Below are positions 8,718 to 18,892 of a stretch of 37,960 nucleotides of DNA, one piece after another. Location: the IMG/VR virus record IMGVR_UViG_3300020045_008695, positions 1 through 37,960 of that record, one strand, 5' to 3'. The stretch's first letter is position 1, and each line of letters begins with the position of its first letter. The notes under the pieces are model-generated. The model did not search any database. It saw only the letters and a program-made list of their open reading frames with translations, and had not been told where the DNA came from. Position numbers and translations under genes: made by a program. The stretch comes from a virus. Its lineage: Duplodnaviria; Caudoviricetes.

Positions 8718-9239
8718 ATGGGTCAAGCAATTCTGGGGATTGTCCCTACTCAAACCTGGCCAGCTACCGCAGGTACATCCACGCCGGCGCCAGGCTTCAA
8801 GCTCGGGCAGCTGGGTGGTTATGACCACCCCACTGCAGGGTACCAAGAGTTTGTCTTCGGACGAGCTAATGGTGCTGTTACTGGTCTGGGCTATCTTTGC
8901 GTTGAGCAAACTGGCTTTGATTTTGCGCTAGCGTCTACGACTTCTACCGCGCCTGGAGCTTCTGGGCATGGTACTCGTTGTGGTGCTGCGCAAGCGGCTT
9001 TGGCGGATAATGAATTTGGTTGGTTCCAAATTTATGGCCTGGGTAGTCTGCGTACGCTGGCTAGCGCAGCGATCGGTACGCGTCTTAATAGCACTGGTAC
9101 TGGTGGTGCGGTCGATGATGACGGTACTGCTAGTTCGGAAGCTATTAATGGCCTCGTGCTGGGCGTAGTGACGGGCGGTGCCCCGGCCACGAACAACAGC
9201 GCGGTCTTCAGCTACCCCACTGTTGGTGCTACGCTGTAA
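8718..9239 (+). CDS. Capsid decoration/minor capsid protein
   Basis: Follows the MCP; AAQAALADNEFGWFQIYG motif; AAGGAG SD; followed by a hairpin. Confidence 0.65.
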   Translation: MGQAILGIVPTQTWPATAGTSTPAPGFKLGQLGGYDHPTAGYQEFVFGRANGAVTGLGYLCVEQTGFDFALASTTSTAPGASGHGTRCGAAQAALADNEFGWFQIYGLGSLRTLASAAIGTRLNSTGTGGAVDDDGTASSEAINGLVLGVVTGGAPATNNSAVFSYPTVGATL

Positions 9240-9252
9240 AGCGTATCTTAGT

Positions 9253-9287
9253 AGCCTGCGTAACTCACAAGGTTACGCAGGCTTTGT
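9253..9287 (+). terminator. Hairpin/intrinsic terminator after the capsid genes
   Basis: 12-bp perfect stem AGCCTGCGTAAC/GTTACGCAGGCT, 7-nt loop, short T tail (probably leaky). Confidence 0.7.
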
Positions 9288-9309
9288 AGTATCTTAACAA
9301 GGAAATGGC

Positions 9310-9882
9310 ATGGAAACCTTGGATTTTGCGATGAATTTTGAAGATAACCAGCAATCTGAAGCTGATAAGCGCTTGTTGGTTTTGTTTTATCGGGACACTA
9401 TTAAAAATACGGCAAAGTCTATTGAGGCTGGACGTCCGGTGTTCGATGAAATTGATCTAGTTAAAATCATCACTCCAGGTTCCCGTGATAGTTTTGTTGG
9501 CGATGCCACGTCTGAGTACCAGACACGGTTCCCCCAACAGTGGGCAAGGTATAAGGCGGGTCTTGAGCAAACCCAGTCTGGCACGCCTTTGTCACAAATT
9601 CCGTGGTTGTCTATCAGTCAGGTTGCTGAGTTTAAGGCTGTCGGCTGTCATACAGTTGAACAACTGGTGGCCATGCCGGATGCCATGTCCCAAAAGTTTA
9701 TGGGGCATCATGCGATTAAGCAAAAGGCGCAAGCATACCTTGAAGCCGCTACGAATGCAGCACCTTTGCTTAAAATGCAGGCAGAACTTGAGAAGCGTGA
9801 TCAACAAATCGCAGAACTTCAGAGCCAAATGCAAGCTATTTTGACTGCGAAGCAAGAAGCAAAGCAGGAATCTAAGGCGTAA
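9310..9882 (+). CDS. Conserved virion-module protein (HhH-like segment plus C-terminal coiled coil)
   Basis: RFPQQWARYK...GTPLSQIPWL...GCHTVEQLVAM pattern; AAGGA SD. Confidence 0.75.
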   Translation: METLDFAMNFEDNQQSEADKRLLVLFYRDTIKNTAKSIEAGRPVFDEIDLVKIITPGSRDSFVGDATSEYQTRFPQQWARYKAGLEQTQSGTPLSQIPWLSISQVAEFKAVGCHTVEQLVAMPDAMSQKFMGHHAIKQKAQAYLEAATNAAPLLKMQAELEKRDQQIAELQSQMQAILTAKQEAKQESKA

Positions 9883-9884
9883 TT

Positions 9885-10604
9885 ATGGCCTACTGGACAG
9901 CACTTGCAGTTCTGAATCAAGTTGCGGGTGAGCTTGGCCTTACGCGTGTAAGTACTATTACAGGACTTACTGATATTCAGTCTGTGCAATTGCTGTCTTT
10001 GTTGAATTCTGCGGGTAATGAGCTGTTGCTTTATTACCCGTGGGAACAACTTACTGAAGAGTGGGTACTTAGTACTGTAGATGGTCAGGCTGATTACGAT
10101 TTGCCTGATGATTATAAGTATTTTACAGATCAAACGCAGTGGGATCGTACTAATCACTGGCCTCTTCTCGGTCCTAAGTCACCCCAAGAATGGGCGTGGC
10201 TTAAGGGAGCGCTCGTAGCCGCGCTCCCCCGTCAAAGGTTTAGGGTCCAAAATAACCAGTTTAAGCTTTGGCCTACGCCTGCAGCAGTTCATACGCTTGC
10301 TATGGAGTATATCAAGTGTAACTGGATTATTTCAGCTGTACCAATTGCAGATACTGCAGCCAGTATGATTGTAGCGGACGAAGATGAACTACAGTATGAT
10401 CCGTGGTTGCTGATTAAGTTTGTAAAATTCAAGTTTTATGAGCTTAAAGGTATGAATACGACTGGTGTAAACGCAGATTTCATGCGTGTATTCAATAACC
10501 TCACTGGCAAAGATACTGGTGCTAAAGTTCTCTCGTTGTCCCCGCAAATTCAGACCCCGTACATCGGACCGTGGTCTATTCCGGACGGCAGCTGGAACGT
10601 TTAA
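9885..10604 (+). CDS. Head-tail adaptor / tail tubular protein A
   Basis: Size, position and the DGQADYDLPDDY...TQWDRTNHWPLLGP motif. Confidence 0.75.
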   Translation: MAYWTALAVLNQVAGELGLTRVSTITGLTDIQSVQLLSLLNSAGNELLLYYPWEQLTEEWVLSTVDGQADYDLPDDYKYFTDQTQWDRTNHWPLLGPKSPQEWAWLKGALVAALPRQRFRVQNNQFKLWPTPAAVHTLAMEYIKCNWIISAVPIADTAASMIVADEDELQYDPWLLIKFVKFKFYELKGMNTTGVNADFMRVFNNLTGKDTGAKVLSLSPQIQTPYIGPWSIPDGSWNV

Positions 10605-12196
10605 TGTTTTCCACCCCACAAATGCAGGGTACTAACACTATTTCTAGTGTTCCTGCACCTATTGGGGGTTTGAACGCACGCGATTCGTTAGTAGCTATGG
10701 AGCCAACTGACGCAATTGTCATGCGTAATTGGTGGCCACAGCCGTACGGGTGCTCTGTGCGCAAAGGTTACCAATTGTGGACTACAGGGCTAGGTGCTAC
10801 GGTTCATTCGCTTGCAACGTTAGCCCTTGCAGATGGTACACAGAACCTGTATGCGTGGGCTGGGACTAATTTCTACAATATTACTACTGCGGAGCTTACG
10901 TCCCCGGCGGCTACTGTATCGGGCCTAACTGATGCACCATGGCAGAGCGTGCAGATGACTAATTCTGCAGGTGCGCATCTAATTGCCCTGAATGGTTTTG
11001 ATGATGCTATTCATGCTACATCAAGCGGTGTAGCACGCATTACGGCAGGCGATGGTATTGTAGCAAATACATGGGCGGGTGTTGATCCGCAGAATTGTGT
11101 CCAAGCAACAGTCCATCAGAGTCGTCTTTGGGTCGTAGAAATTGACACTGCAAACGGCTGGTTCCTCCCGCCTGATGCTGTGCAAGGTACATTCCAAAAA
11201 GTAGATTTTGGGCCTAACTTCTCACGCGGGGGCTTCCTACTCTTTCTGGCCACGTGGACTATTGATGATGGTAATGGTGCTGAAGATCATCTTGTTGCGC
11301 TGTCGTCGCAAGGCGAGGCAGTAGTTTTTGCAGGCACGGACCCCACCGATGATACAAAGTGGGGTCTAAAAGGCGTTTATTATCTAGGTCAGCCTGTTAG
11401 CGGGCGCCGTACGTATACTAAAGTTGGTGGTGACCTTGTTATTCTGACGCAGCAAGGTGCTGTGTCAATGGCAGAAACATTGATTTCTACAAAGGTAGAA
11501 AGTGCAGCTAGCAAACTGAAATCTGATAAGATTCAGTATCTACTTGCTGAATTGACGAGTACTAATGCAACAATATTTGGTTGGCAGACACTATATGCTG
11601 CACCAATCAATATGCTGTTAATGAATGTGCCATCGCTTGCGTCAAGCGGTAATATTCAACTTGCGTCTAATCAGCTAATCAATTCTTGGGCTGAGTTTAC
11701 TGGAATGGACGCTGCTTCATGGGTTGTCCATGAAGACTTGCCGTATTTTGGTGACTACGATGGTAATGTGTATGTTGCCTGGTACGGTAACATTGATGAT
11801 GCAGGCTTTGGTAGTGTTGGTGGTGATGGTATTTCTGCAGAAGTGCAGCAAGCATACACATATTTCAAGTCTGCTGCGCAACAAAAGCAAGTCGGTATGT
11901 ACCGCCCCATTTTTGTAGCTGCGGTGCCATCTACGTTCCAAAGCAACATTGTTTATGATTTCCAAAATACTGCGTATACAATCCCAGATTCAGCAGCACT
12001 AGGTGATGTATCTACTTGGGATAATTCTAATTGGAATACCAGCAACTGGGGCGGCGGTTTGACTGTTCAGCGTAACTGGGTTCAGGCACTCGGTATGGGC
12101 TCTGCAGTATCATTACAAATGTCTCTGCGACCTATTAATGAAACTCTTTGGGTTTCAACAGATTACAGTCATATTACTGGTTGGAGTGTATTCTAA
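10604..12196 (+). CDS. Tail nozzle / packaged DNA stabilization protein (P22 gp10-like, tubular B)
   Basis: PAPIGGLNARD N-terminal motif, beta-rich; start reassigned to ATG 10604 (TAATG overlap). Confidence 0.8.
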   Translation: MFSTPQMQGTNTISSVPAPIGGLNARDSLVAMEPTDAIVMRNWWPQPYGCSVRKGYQLWTTGLGATVHSLATLALADGTQNLYAWAGTNFYNITTAELTSPAATVSGLTDAPWQSVQMTNSAGAHLIALNGFDDAIHATSSGVARITAGDGIVANTWAGVDPQNCVQATVHQSRLWVVEIDTANGWFLPPDAVQGTFQKVDFGPNFSRGGFLLFLATWTIDDGNGAEDHLVALSSQGEAVVFAGTDPTDDTKWGLKGVYYLGQPVSGRRTYTKVGGDLVILTQQGAVSMAETLISTKVESAASKLKSDKIQYLLAELTSTNATIFGWQTLYAAPINMLLMNVPSLASSGNIQLASNQLINSWAEFTGMDAASWVVHEDLPYFGDYDGNVYVAWYGNIDDAGFGSVGGDGISAEVQQAYTYFKSAAQQKQVGMYRPIFVAAVPSTFQSNIVYDFQNTAYTIPDSAALGDVSTWDNSNWNTSNWGGGLTVQRNWVQALGMGSAVSLQMSLRPINETLWVSTDYSHITGWSVF

Positions 12197-14010
12197 TGGG
12201 TTTCCTAAGCAGACTTGGACGTGATATGCGCGGCGGAACTAGCGCGTACAAGAAGTATAATGCGCAGTTTAACAAGTGGATGGATGCTAACCGTAAGCTT
12301 GTAGGCTACGGTTCTTTGTTCATGGGCGACGCCAATAATGAAGCAGGCGCGCCTATGATGACCACCGAAGAGCGCGATAGAGCTAAAGCCATGTGGGTGG
12401 AAACGCTTCCGCCTGAAATTCGTACCAAAGTTTTGCATGAGTTTTCGCAGCATTCGTCAGACATGCGCGCGATTAATAAGTATGGCAGCATAGCAGCTAA
12501 GTCTATTATTGCTGCTGCTGCTGGTGGTGCTGCGCTGACTGCATCTGGTGTTATTGGTGGCCCGGCTGCTGGTGGTGCAAATGCGGGTGGCGCTGGAGCA
12601 AATGCGGGTGGCGCTGGTGCAAATGCGGGTGGCGCCGGAGCTGGTACTGGTGGCGCAGGAAGCCTTACAAGCGGCGGTGCGGGCACTATTACTGGCGGCA
12701 GCGGTTCTATAACTGGTGGAGGTATCGGTGGTACTGGCAGTGGTCTTGGTGTAGGCGGTATAACTAACACAGGTCCTGGTCTGCTTGGTGTAGGCGGCTC
12801 CGGTGGAGTTGGTAGCTCAGTACTTGGTTCTGGGACTATCGGTGCAGGCGTTACTGGCACAGGTTCGGGCCTTGGACTTACCGGCACAGGTACAGGCCTT
12901 CTTGGTGTTGGTGGTGCTGGTGGTTTGGGTTCTGCCGTTGATAACATAGGCAGTGTTGTTAGTAATATGCCTGGAGGTACGACCCCGCCTGGAGGTACGA
13001 CCCCGCCTGGAGGTACGACCCCGCCTGGAGGCACGACCCCACCTGGAGGCACGACCCCACCTGGCGGTACAGGTGGTAACTGGTGGGATGGTTTGCCGTC
13101 CACTATCGGCGGCATGTCCCCCACTGACTTTGCCAAGCTAATTGCTGGGGCGTACGGCATCTATAATTCGGCTACGGGAATGAGGGATCCGCCCCCGCCG
13201 CCTGATTTTAAGAAGCTCTCCGAGGAGCAATACAAAGCTGATATTGAAGCGTATAATAACACGCTCAATGCAAATCGCCCAGATCAAGTAGATGCGCAGG
13301 GTAATACGCTTACTTGGACTAAGGACCCTAAAACTGGTGAATGGGTCCAGAAAGTCCAGTATGGTGCTGGTAATCAAACTATTTTCAACCAGCAAACTGC
13401 TGCTACTATAGAAGCATTGCGAGATATTCAAAATCGCGGGGATTTCAATCCTACGGGGCTACCTAATGTATTAGACGCGCAAGGAAATTCGTCAAATATC
13501 CAGAACGCATGGATGAATCTGTTGAAACCTGATCGCGAACTAGCGCGTCAGGGTGAAATTCAGCGGCTTAAGAATCAAGGTTTGACAGAAGATTCACCCG
13601 CATTTCAGCGCGCAATGCTTCGACTTGATCAAGCCGATACAGATGCGCAAAATAAGGCATTGATTTACGGTACCCAGGAGTACGGTAACCAGTTTACTAG
13701 GTCTTTGCTTGGTAATCAGAACGCGTTTAACCAGTATACTACTGGTTATAATGCGCCGATGTCTACGTACCAAGGACTAATTGGCGCAGGCAATCCACAG
13801 ACTACTTTCGCTAATTATACCGCTGCCGGACCAGCCCCTACACAGAATATTTATAACGCAGGTGCTGATACGTTCACTGCTAGAGTCGGTAATACTAATT
13901 TTAGCAATGCCAATACTAATAACTTGAATCAAGGCCTGTTGACTCTTGCAGCTTCTGCTAATTGGGGTCAAAATGGCGGTTGGAACACAGGTAACCAGCC
14001 GAGCCGCTAA
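12196..14010 (+). CDS. DNA ejection / internal virion protein 1 with a long Gly-rich repeat region
   Basis: TAATG-coupled start at 12196; PPPPPDF...ANRPDQ...GNTLTW and RLKNQGLTEDSPAF motifs; N/Q-rich tail. Confidence 0.7.
   Translation: MGFLSRLGRDMRGGTSAYKKYNAQFNKWMDANRKLVGYGSLFMGDANNEAGAPMMTTEERDRAKAMWVETLPPEIRTKVLHEFSQHSSDMRAINKYGSIAAKSIIAAAAGGAALTASGVIGGPAAGGANAGGAGANAGGAGANAGGAGAGTGGAGSLTSGGAGTITGGSGSITGGGIGGTGSGLGVGGITNTGPGLLGVGGSGGVGSSVLGSGTIGAGVTGTGSGLGLTGTGTGLLGVGGAGGLGSAVDNIGSVVSNMPGGTTPPGGTTPPGGTTPPGGTTPPGGTTPPGGTGGNWWDGLPSTIGGMSPTDFAKLIAGAYGIYNSATGMRDPPPPPDFKKLSEEQYKADIEAYNNTLNANRPDQVDAQGNTLTWTKDPKTGEWVQKVQYGAGNQTIFNQQTAATIEALRDIQNRGDFNPTGLPNVLDAQGNSSNIQNAWMNLLKPDRELARQGEIQRLKNQGLTEDSPAFQRAMLRLDQADTDAQNKALIYGTQEYGNQFTRSLLGNQNAFNQYTTGYNAPMSTYQGLIGAGNPQTTFANYTAAGPAPTQNIYNAGADTFTARVGNTNFSNANTNNLNQGLLTLAASANWGQNGGWNTGNQPSR
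12571..12642 (+). repeat. 21-bp coding tandem repeat (GANAGGA, about 3x)
   Basis: gcaaatgcgggtggcgc recurs with a 21-nt period. Confidence 0.9.
12970..13071 (+). repeat. 18-bp coding tandem repeat (PGGTTP x5 plus a partial copy)
   Basis: cctggagg(t/c)acgacccc(g/a) at 12970, 12988, 13006, 13024, 13042. Confidence 0.95.
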
Positions 14011-15332
14011 TGGACTACGCGACGTCACAAGCTCAAATGCTTCGCCAGCGGCGTCTGGCCGACTTGCTTCGTGCGCAAGTTGAAGCGACGCCTAGCTATA
14101 CAGAGCCCAAAAGCTCCATGGTTAGTGGCTACTATGTAGCGCCTGCCTGGTCTCAGAACCTTGCAGCAGTCGCAGGGCCTATTGCGCAGAGACAACGAGC
14201 AGCGCGCGAAGAACAACTTGCAAATGACCAAGAAGAACAACTTGGTCGGATGATTGCTGAAGCACGGCAGAAGTGGCAACAGCAAGCTCCGGCCATTACA
14301 CCGGGGATGCCTGAGCAAGCCGGTCCGGTAGATCCTAATAATCCGACTGAGCTAGCTGCCACCCCGTCGCGCCTGCCTACGCGAGGCCAGGTACTTCAGC
14401 ATACGCTTGCAGGAATGGATATTCCTGGCAATGAAAAAGCTGCTGTACTTTGGAACCAGGGCATGGGTTCTGAGCTTGAACGTGAGGATAAGCAAACCGA
14501 ATTTGCAGCTTTGCAAAAAGAACGCCTACGCGAAGCTCGTGATCTTCGTATTGCAGCACTTATGCAGCAAGCAGAGCTTCAAGCAGAGCGTCTCGCGCAA
14601 CAAGAACGTCAGAACGTTCGAGATAACGAGACCCGTCTAGCGCATAATCAAACGATGGCAGAGCTGCGTCGCTTGCAAATTGAAGCTATGCGCGATCGTG
14701 CTGCAGCTACAAAAGGACCGAGTGCTGCAGATGCTCGTGCGGCAGCTGTAGATGAGCGTGATAAGCAAAAAGATATTCAAACGCTCAGTAAGCGTATGGA
14801 GCGTATTACGCCTGTACTAGGTACTGCGCAAGAGGTTCAGAATCTTATCGATCAGTACACCGATCCTAAGACTGGTAAAGTTAAGTCAATTCCTGGCATT
14901 GGCTATATAGGTGCATTGCCAGGTTGGGCGCGCTCTGCAGGTCAAGAAGCGGGTTTGATTTCCGGCAAAACTAATGCAAACCGTGCAGTCGTTCAGCGCC
15001 TAATTAACAACATTGTACGTGTACAAGCTGGTTTGTCGCAGACTATTTCTGAACAAGCTAAACAGATTGAAGCGAACCTGTCTAGTGGTTCGTATAGCCA
15101 AGAAGATTTTGTTAAAGCGTTTAATCAGCTGATTCTTGATCTTGAGTACGACCTAGGCAATATCAAAGCTGGTCATAGGCCTGAAGCAGTTGAAGACTAT
15201 CTTACGCGTGGTGGTCGTATGGAGCTACCTAAATCAGGTGTCGCACCATCGCGTTCAGTTGAAGTAACACCTGAAGACGCCAAGCGCGCAAGGCTCGAAG
15301 AATTGCGTGCTAAAGCTGCTGGAGCCAAATAA
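14010..15332 (+). CDS. DNA ejection / internal virion protein 2
   Basis: MVSGYYVAPAWSQNLA motif, Q/A/E/R-rich helices, position. Confidence 0.7.
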   Translation: MDYATSQAQMLRQRRLADLLRAQVEATPSYTEPKSSMVSGYYVAPAWSQNLAAVAGPIAQRQRAAREEQLANDQEEQLGRMIAEARQKWQQQAPAITPGMPEQAGPVDPNNPTELAATPSRLPTRGQVLQHTLAGMDIPGNEKAAVLWNQGMGSELEREDKQTEFAALQKERLREARDLRIAALMQQAELQAERLAQQERQNVRDNETRLAHNQTMAELRRLQIEAMRDRAAATKGPSAADARAAAVDERDKQKDIQTLSKRMERITPVLGTAQEVQNLIDQYTDPKTGKVKSIPGIGYIGALPGWARSAGQEAGLISGKTNANRAVVQRLINNIVRVQAGLSQTISEQAKQIEANLSSGSYSQEDFVKAFNQLILDLEYDLGNIKAGHRPEAVEDYLTRGGRMELPKSGVAPSRSVEVTPEDAKRARLEELRAKAAGAK

Positions 15333-16957
15333 TGGCACTCACCCCACAAGAGCAGGCTGAGCTTGTCGCGCTAGAGGCAGAACTTGGCGAGGCGCCTGAA
15401 GTAGGTAGATTCGAAGGTTTGCGCCGTGGGGCTAATTATGCGCTGAAACGGGCTAGTCGTGGGGTTGCTGATACTGCTGCGTGGTTTGGTAGTGATTATG
15501 CTGGCCGCCCGCTTAAGCAATGGGCAATGTCCAAAGGTCTAGTCCCTTCTGATGAAGAATTGGGAGCTGCTAAACGCGCTTCTGAAGAAGCCGGAGGTTG
15601 GGGCACGGCCGGAGCGGTCGGCGCTGACGTGGCTACACAAATGCTCCCCGGAGCGATGCTTTCAAAGGCCATGCAAGTGGGAAGTCGCGCAGCGCCTGTC
15701 ATTAGTGAAATGGTTGGTAATGCTGGGCTTTCTGCCGCAATGGCTCCAGATGCTGAAAAAGTTGATGCAGCTAAAGGCGGCGCTATTGGTGCATTGGGCG
15801 GTCGTGTACTTTCAAAGGCCCTTGGTGGCCCCCTCCGTAATGCAATGACGGATGATTCCAAGTTGCTTACGGAAGCTGGGATTACGCTTGCACCAGGACA
15901 ACTTGCTGCCGGCACTGGGTCTGGCAAAATAGCGCGTATAGTGCATGGCGCTGAGCGTAGTCTTGCAAAAATACCGATCATCGGTGGCCCCACTAAATAT
16001 AGATATAGCGGAGCTATTGAAGACTATAATAGGCAACAGCTCAATGATATTGTAGAACCGTTTGGCGGTACAGTTAAGTCAAGCGGCCGACAAGGTATTC
16101 AGGAAGCTAGAGATATTATGGAGGCGACTTTGAAAGAAGTCTCTCCAAATATGTACCTGCCCAATGCAAAGGGCATCGATCTAGTTGATAACTTTGTAGC
16201 GCAGTTGCGTAAAGAAGACGCAACGCTCAATGATCGTGTTGCCAAACAGATTCGTGATGTACTTGAGCTTGAAATTACTCCACATGTTGCGGGCGGTGGT
16301 GATGTACCTGGCGACGTGGCATACCAGCTTGGTAAAAAGTTCGATTTCTATGCCAAAGAGTTCCAGTCAAAGAATTCACCAGACACTGTAAAGCTAAATC
16401 GCGCGTTCAAGAAGCTGCGTGATATGTGGTTTGATGGTATGGAAGTCAAAGTAGGTGCTGACCCAGTTTATAAAGACATCATTACTGAGCTGCAAAAGTC
16501 TAAACGTCGCTGGTACAATCTACGCGAGGCGTCTGAGAAGACTACTGAAGGTTTCTTTACACCTGCACAAGTAATTCAAGCTAATAAAGGTACTGCACCG
16601 GACCCTATTACAGCAGCGGCTTCGCATATCTTTCCCAAAACAGCGCCTGAAATCAACGTAGGTTCTAATGCGATTCTGCATAAGATGGTAACCCCTGGGG
16701 GCGTTTCGGGAGCAGCTGCGCTCGGCTCCTATACAGGTCTAGCGGCACTCGGGCCAGTCCTCCCCGCCGTAGCAGCTGGTAGTGCATTGTATACTAAGCC
16801 TGTTTCTAAGTATTTGGCTAAAGGTGCTACGCCTGCAGTAAATATGTTGATGCGTAAGACTGGGCGTGAACTGACCCCAGAAGAACTTGAATTTGCGACA
16901 CAGTTGTCTACAAGCCAGTTGCTTCGGGCTCTGCGTAATAATCGTGAGGAAGAATAA
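15332..16957 (+). CDS. DNA ejection / internal virion protein 3
   Basis: Gly/Ala-rich membrane-like segments, GITLAPGQ motif, position before the tail fibre. Confidence 0.7.
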   Translation: MALTPQEQAELVALEAELGEAPEVGRFEGLRRGANYALKRASRGVADTAAWFGSDYAGRPLKQWAMSKGLVPSDEELGAAKRASEEAGGWGTAGAVGADVATQMLPGAMLSKAMQVGSRAAPVISEMVGNAGLSAAMAPDAEKVDAAKGGAIGALGGRVLSKALGGPLRNAMTDDSKLLTEAGITLAPGQLAAGTGSGKIARIVHGAERSLAKIPIIGGPTKYRYSGAIEDYNRQQLNDIVEPFGGTVKSSGRQGIQEARDIMEATLKEVSPNMYLPNAKGIDLVDNFVAQLRKEDATLNDRVAKQIRDVLELEITPHVAGGGDVPGDVAYQLGKKFDFYAKEFQSKNSPDTVKLNRAFKKLRDMWFDGMEVKVGADPVYKDIITELQKSKRRWYNLREASEKTTEGFFTPAQVIQANKGTAPDPITAAASHIFPKTAPEINVGSNAILHKMVTPGGVSGAAALGSYTGLAALGPVLPAVAAGSALYTKPVSKYLAKGATPAVNMLMRKTGRELTPEELEFATQLSTSQLLRALRNNREEE

Positions 16958-18129
16958 TGCCACGTGACATTTCAGGTAACTACACGCTACCGTCAGGCAT
17001 TAATCCGGTAGTTAGTGGTACACTTATTGACATCGATTGGGCGAATCCGACGCTCGATGATGTTGCGCTTCAACTGAACGGCGTAGTTACGCGTGATGGC
17101 TTGCTTGGGCCTAGTGCGGCCATTAAGTTTACTGCAGGTACTGTTGGTGCTCCAGGTATTACGTTTTCTAGTGATACTGACACGGGTATTTATAGCTCTG
17201 TAGCAAATACAATTGACTTCTCAGTTGGAGGTACGAGGCGCTTATCCATTAGTACGCAAGTACTTACAACGCTTGGCACTGTAACAGTACCGGCTTATTC
17301 GTTTATTGGCGACACTAATACCGGCATCTATGCACCTGCAGCTGATACAATTGGTTTTGCAGTTGCTGGTGCCCAGGTTCTTAAGCTTGATGCTGCAGGG
17401 CTTACATTTACGCCTGTAGCTCTATCAGCAAGTGGCTCTGCAGCATTTCCCGCATATACATTTACCGCAGATGGAACTTCAGGTACGTATCTTGTAAGCG
17501 CGGGTACACTTGCATTTAGTACTGGCGGTGTGAAGCGCGCAGACGTCTCTAACACAGGTTTCGCAGCCACTGTACAGTTTAAAAGCATAGACGGTACTTC
17601 AGGTGCTCCAGGCTATGCGTTTACTAGTGATACAGATACTGGTATATATTCCGTTGCAGCGAATGAATTAGGCTTAGCAACTAGCGGAAATCTATATTTT
17701 GGTATTAAGAGCGATGGGCGTATTTATGGCAGAGCATTACATAATGTAGGTACTATAACTGGTACTACAGATCAGTTTATCGCCTCCGGAACTTTCACGC
17801 CTACTGTAACGCTTAGCACTAATGCTGATGCATCTGTAGCAAATGCTGCGCAGTATTTGCGTGTTGGTAATGTTGTAACTGTTTCTGGTAGTGGAACTAT
17901 TGATCCTACGGCTTCAGGTACTAATACTATATGGCGTCTTTCATTACCTATAGCTTCAGACTTTAGCACGTCTGGTCAGTGTAATGGTGTAGCGTCGATT
18001 AGTGATACTACGCGTTCACCGGGCGCTATTGTTGGTGTGGCAGGTACCGATGATGCACAGATTAACTATCTTTCATCAGGTACAGCGAGCGTAAATTATC
18101 AGTATCATTATACTTATGTCATCGTCTAA
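16957..18129 (+). CDS. Tail fibre protein
   Basis: MPRDISGNYTLP...NPVVSGTLI...WANPTLDD anchor domain; four PxxxFxxDxxxGxY shaft repeats; QYLRVGNVVTV tip domain. Confidence 0.88.
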   Translation: MPRDISGNYTLPSGINPVVSGTLIDIDWANPTLDDVALQLNGVVTRDGLLGPSAAIKFTAGTVGAPGITFSSDTDTGIYSSVANTIDFSVGGTRRLSISTQVLTTLGTVTVPAYSFIGDTNTGIYAPAADTIGFAVAGAQVLKLDAAGLTFTPVALSASGSAAFPAYTFTADGTSGTYLVSAGTLAFSTGGVKRADVSNTGFAATVQFKSIDGTSGAPGYAFTSDTDTGIYSVAANELGLATSGNLYFGIKSDGRIYGRALHNVGTITGTTDQFIASGTFTPTVTLSTNADASVANAAQYLRVGNVVTVSGSGTIDPTASGTNTIWRLSLPIASDFSTSGQCNGVASISDTTRSPGAIVGVAGTDDAQINYLSSGTASVNYQYHYTYVIV

Positions 18130-18134
18130 TAATC

Positions 18135-18404
18135 ATGGAACCATTATTGTCGCAGAATGTCATCAATATGTTATTGGTGGCAGTCTCAACGCTTTTTGGG
18201 TGGGTTTTCAAAGTGCTGTACGACAAACTGCGAGAACTCCAAAATGCCGATATAGTTCTTGCAGAAAAAGTGCAGAACATTGAGGTTCTCGTAGTTGGTC
18301 AGTATGTGAAGCGTACTGAAATGGAAAAGATGTACGAAGCGCTATTTGCTAAACTAGATCGAATTGAAAATAAGCTTGATGGTAAAGCTGACAGAGTGCG
18401 GTGA
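18135..18404 (+). CDS. Putative holin-like membrane protein
   Basis: One N-terminal TM helix followed by a coiled coil ending KLDRIENKLDGKAD; follows the tail fibre. Confidence 0.55.
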   Translation: MEPLLSQNVINMLLVAVSTLFGWVFKVLYDKLRELQNADIVLAEKVQNIEVLVVGQYVKRTEMEKMYEALFAKLDRIENKLDGKADRVR

Positions 18405-18622
18405 CTAGTTGGCAGCGCATCGCAGTTATTTCAGTGCTTCTAGCTGGTGGATTATCAGTGCAAGATCGACCAGTTCAACAGATTTGTCAAGCACCAGTGG
18501 ATGTACCCCGTGATACAGTTACAGGTCAACAAGCTGAGCAACAACCACATGACCCAGATTTGCAGCTGTTACAGAAGCTCTGTGAAGTTCCGCAAGCAGC
18601 GTCAAGCGCGTTAACAAAGTAG
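18401..18622 (+). CDS. Hypothetical exported/membrane-anchored protein
   Basis: GTGA overlap; hydrophobic N-terminus; two Cys. Confidence 0.55.
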   Translation: MTSWQRIAVISVLLAGGLSVQDRPVQQICQAPVDVPRDTVTGQQAEQQPHDPDLQLLQKLCEVPQAASSALTK

Positions 18623-18629
18623 AAACGCC

Positions 18630-18878
18630 ATGTATGATCTAACTACATTGACCTCAGCGCTACGTGCGGCGCCTAAGCGCGTAGCGCCACAAGCCGCACC
18701 AGCCCCCCCGCCCGTTGCAGCAAAGCCTACAATGGACGGACCGCTTATTGAGTTTGTTAGACGCAATGGGCGTACTGAGTCTGTCTATGTTCGTACTAAC
18801 AAATCGGTTAAAGTGCTTCATATTAACCGGGATGATGACGGTAATATTCTCTCGCTCAACCTCAACAGACTCTACTAA
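18630..18878 (+). CDS. Hypothetical protein
   Basis: In operon; Pro/Ala linker and INRDDDGNI hairpin motif. Confidence 0.65.
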   Translation: MYDLTTLTSALRAAPKRVAPQAAPAPPPVAAKPTMDGPLIEFVRRNGRTESVYVRTNKSVKVLHINRDDDGNILSLNLNRLY

Positions 18879-18892
18879 CTAAAGGATTCAAA

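Noticed and set aside
8026-8824. Long alternative-frame and antisense ORFs over the MCP
   Set aside because: No motifs or RBS; shadows of a biased, highly expressed gene. I saw no slippery site for a capsid extension.
9253-9283. Inverted GTAAC...GTTAC as another regulon site
   Set aside because: Inverted rather than a 9-bp direct repeat, no -10 at the expected distance, and fully explained as a hairpin stem after the capsid genes.
12306-13160. 284-aa Pro-rich antisense ORF
   Set aside because: Shadow of the Gly-rich (GGN) sense strand.
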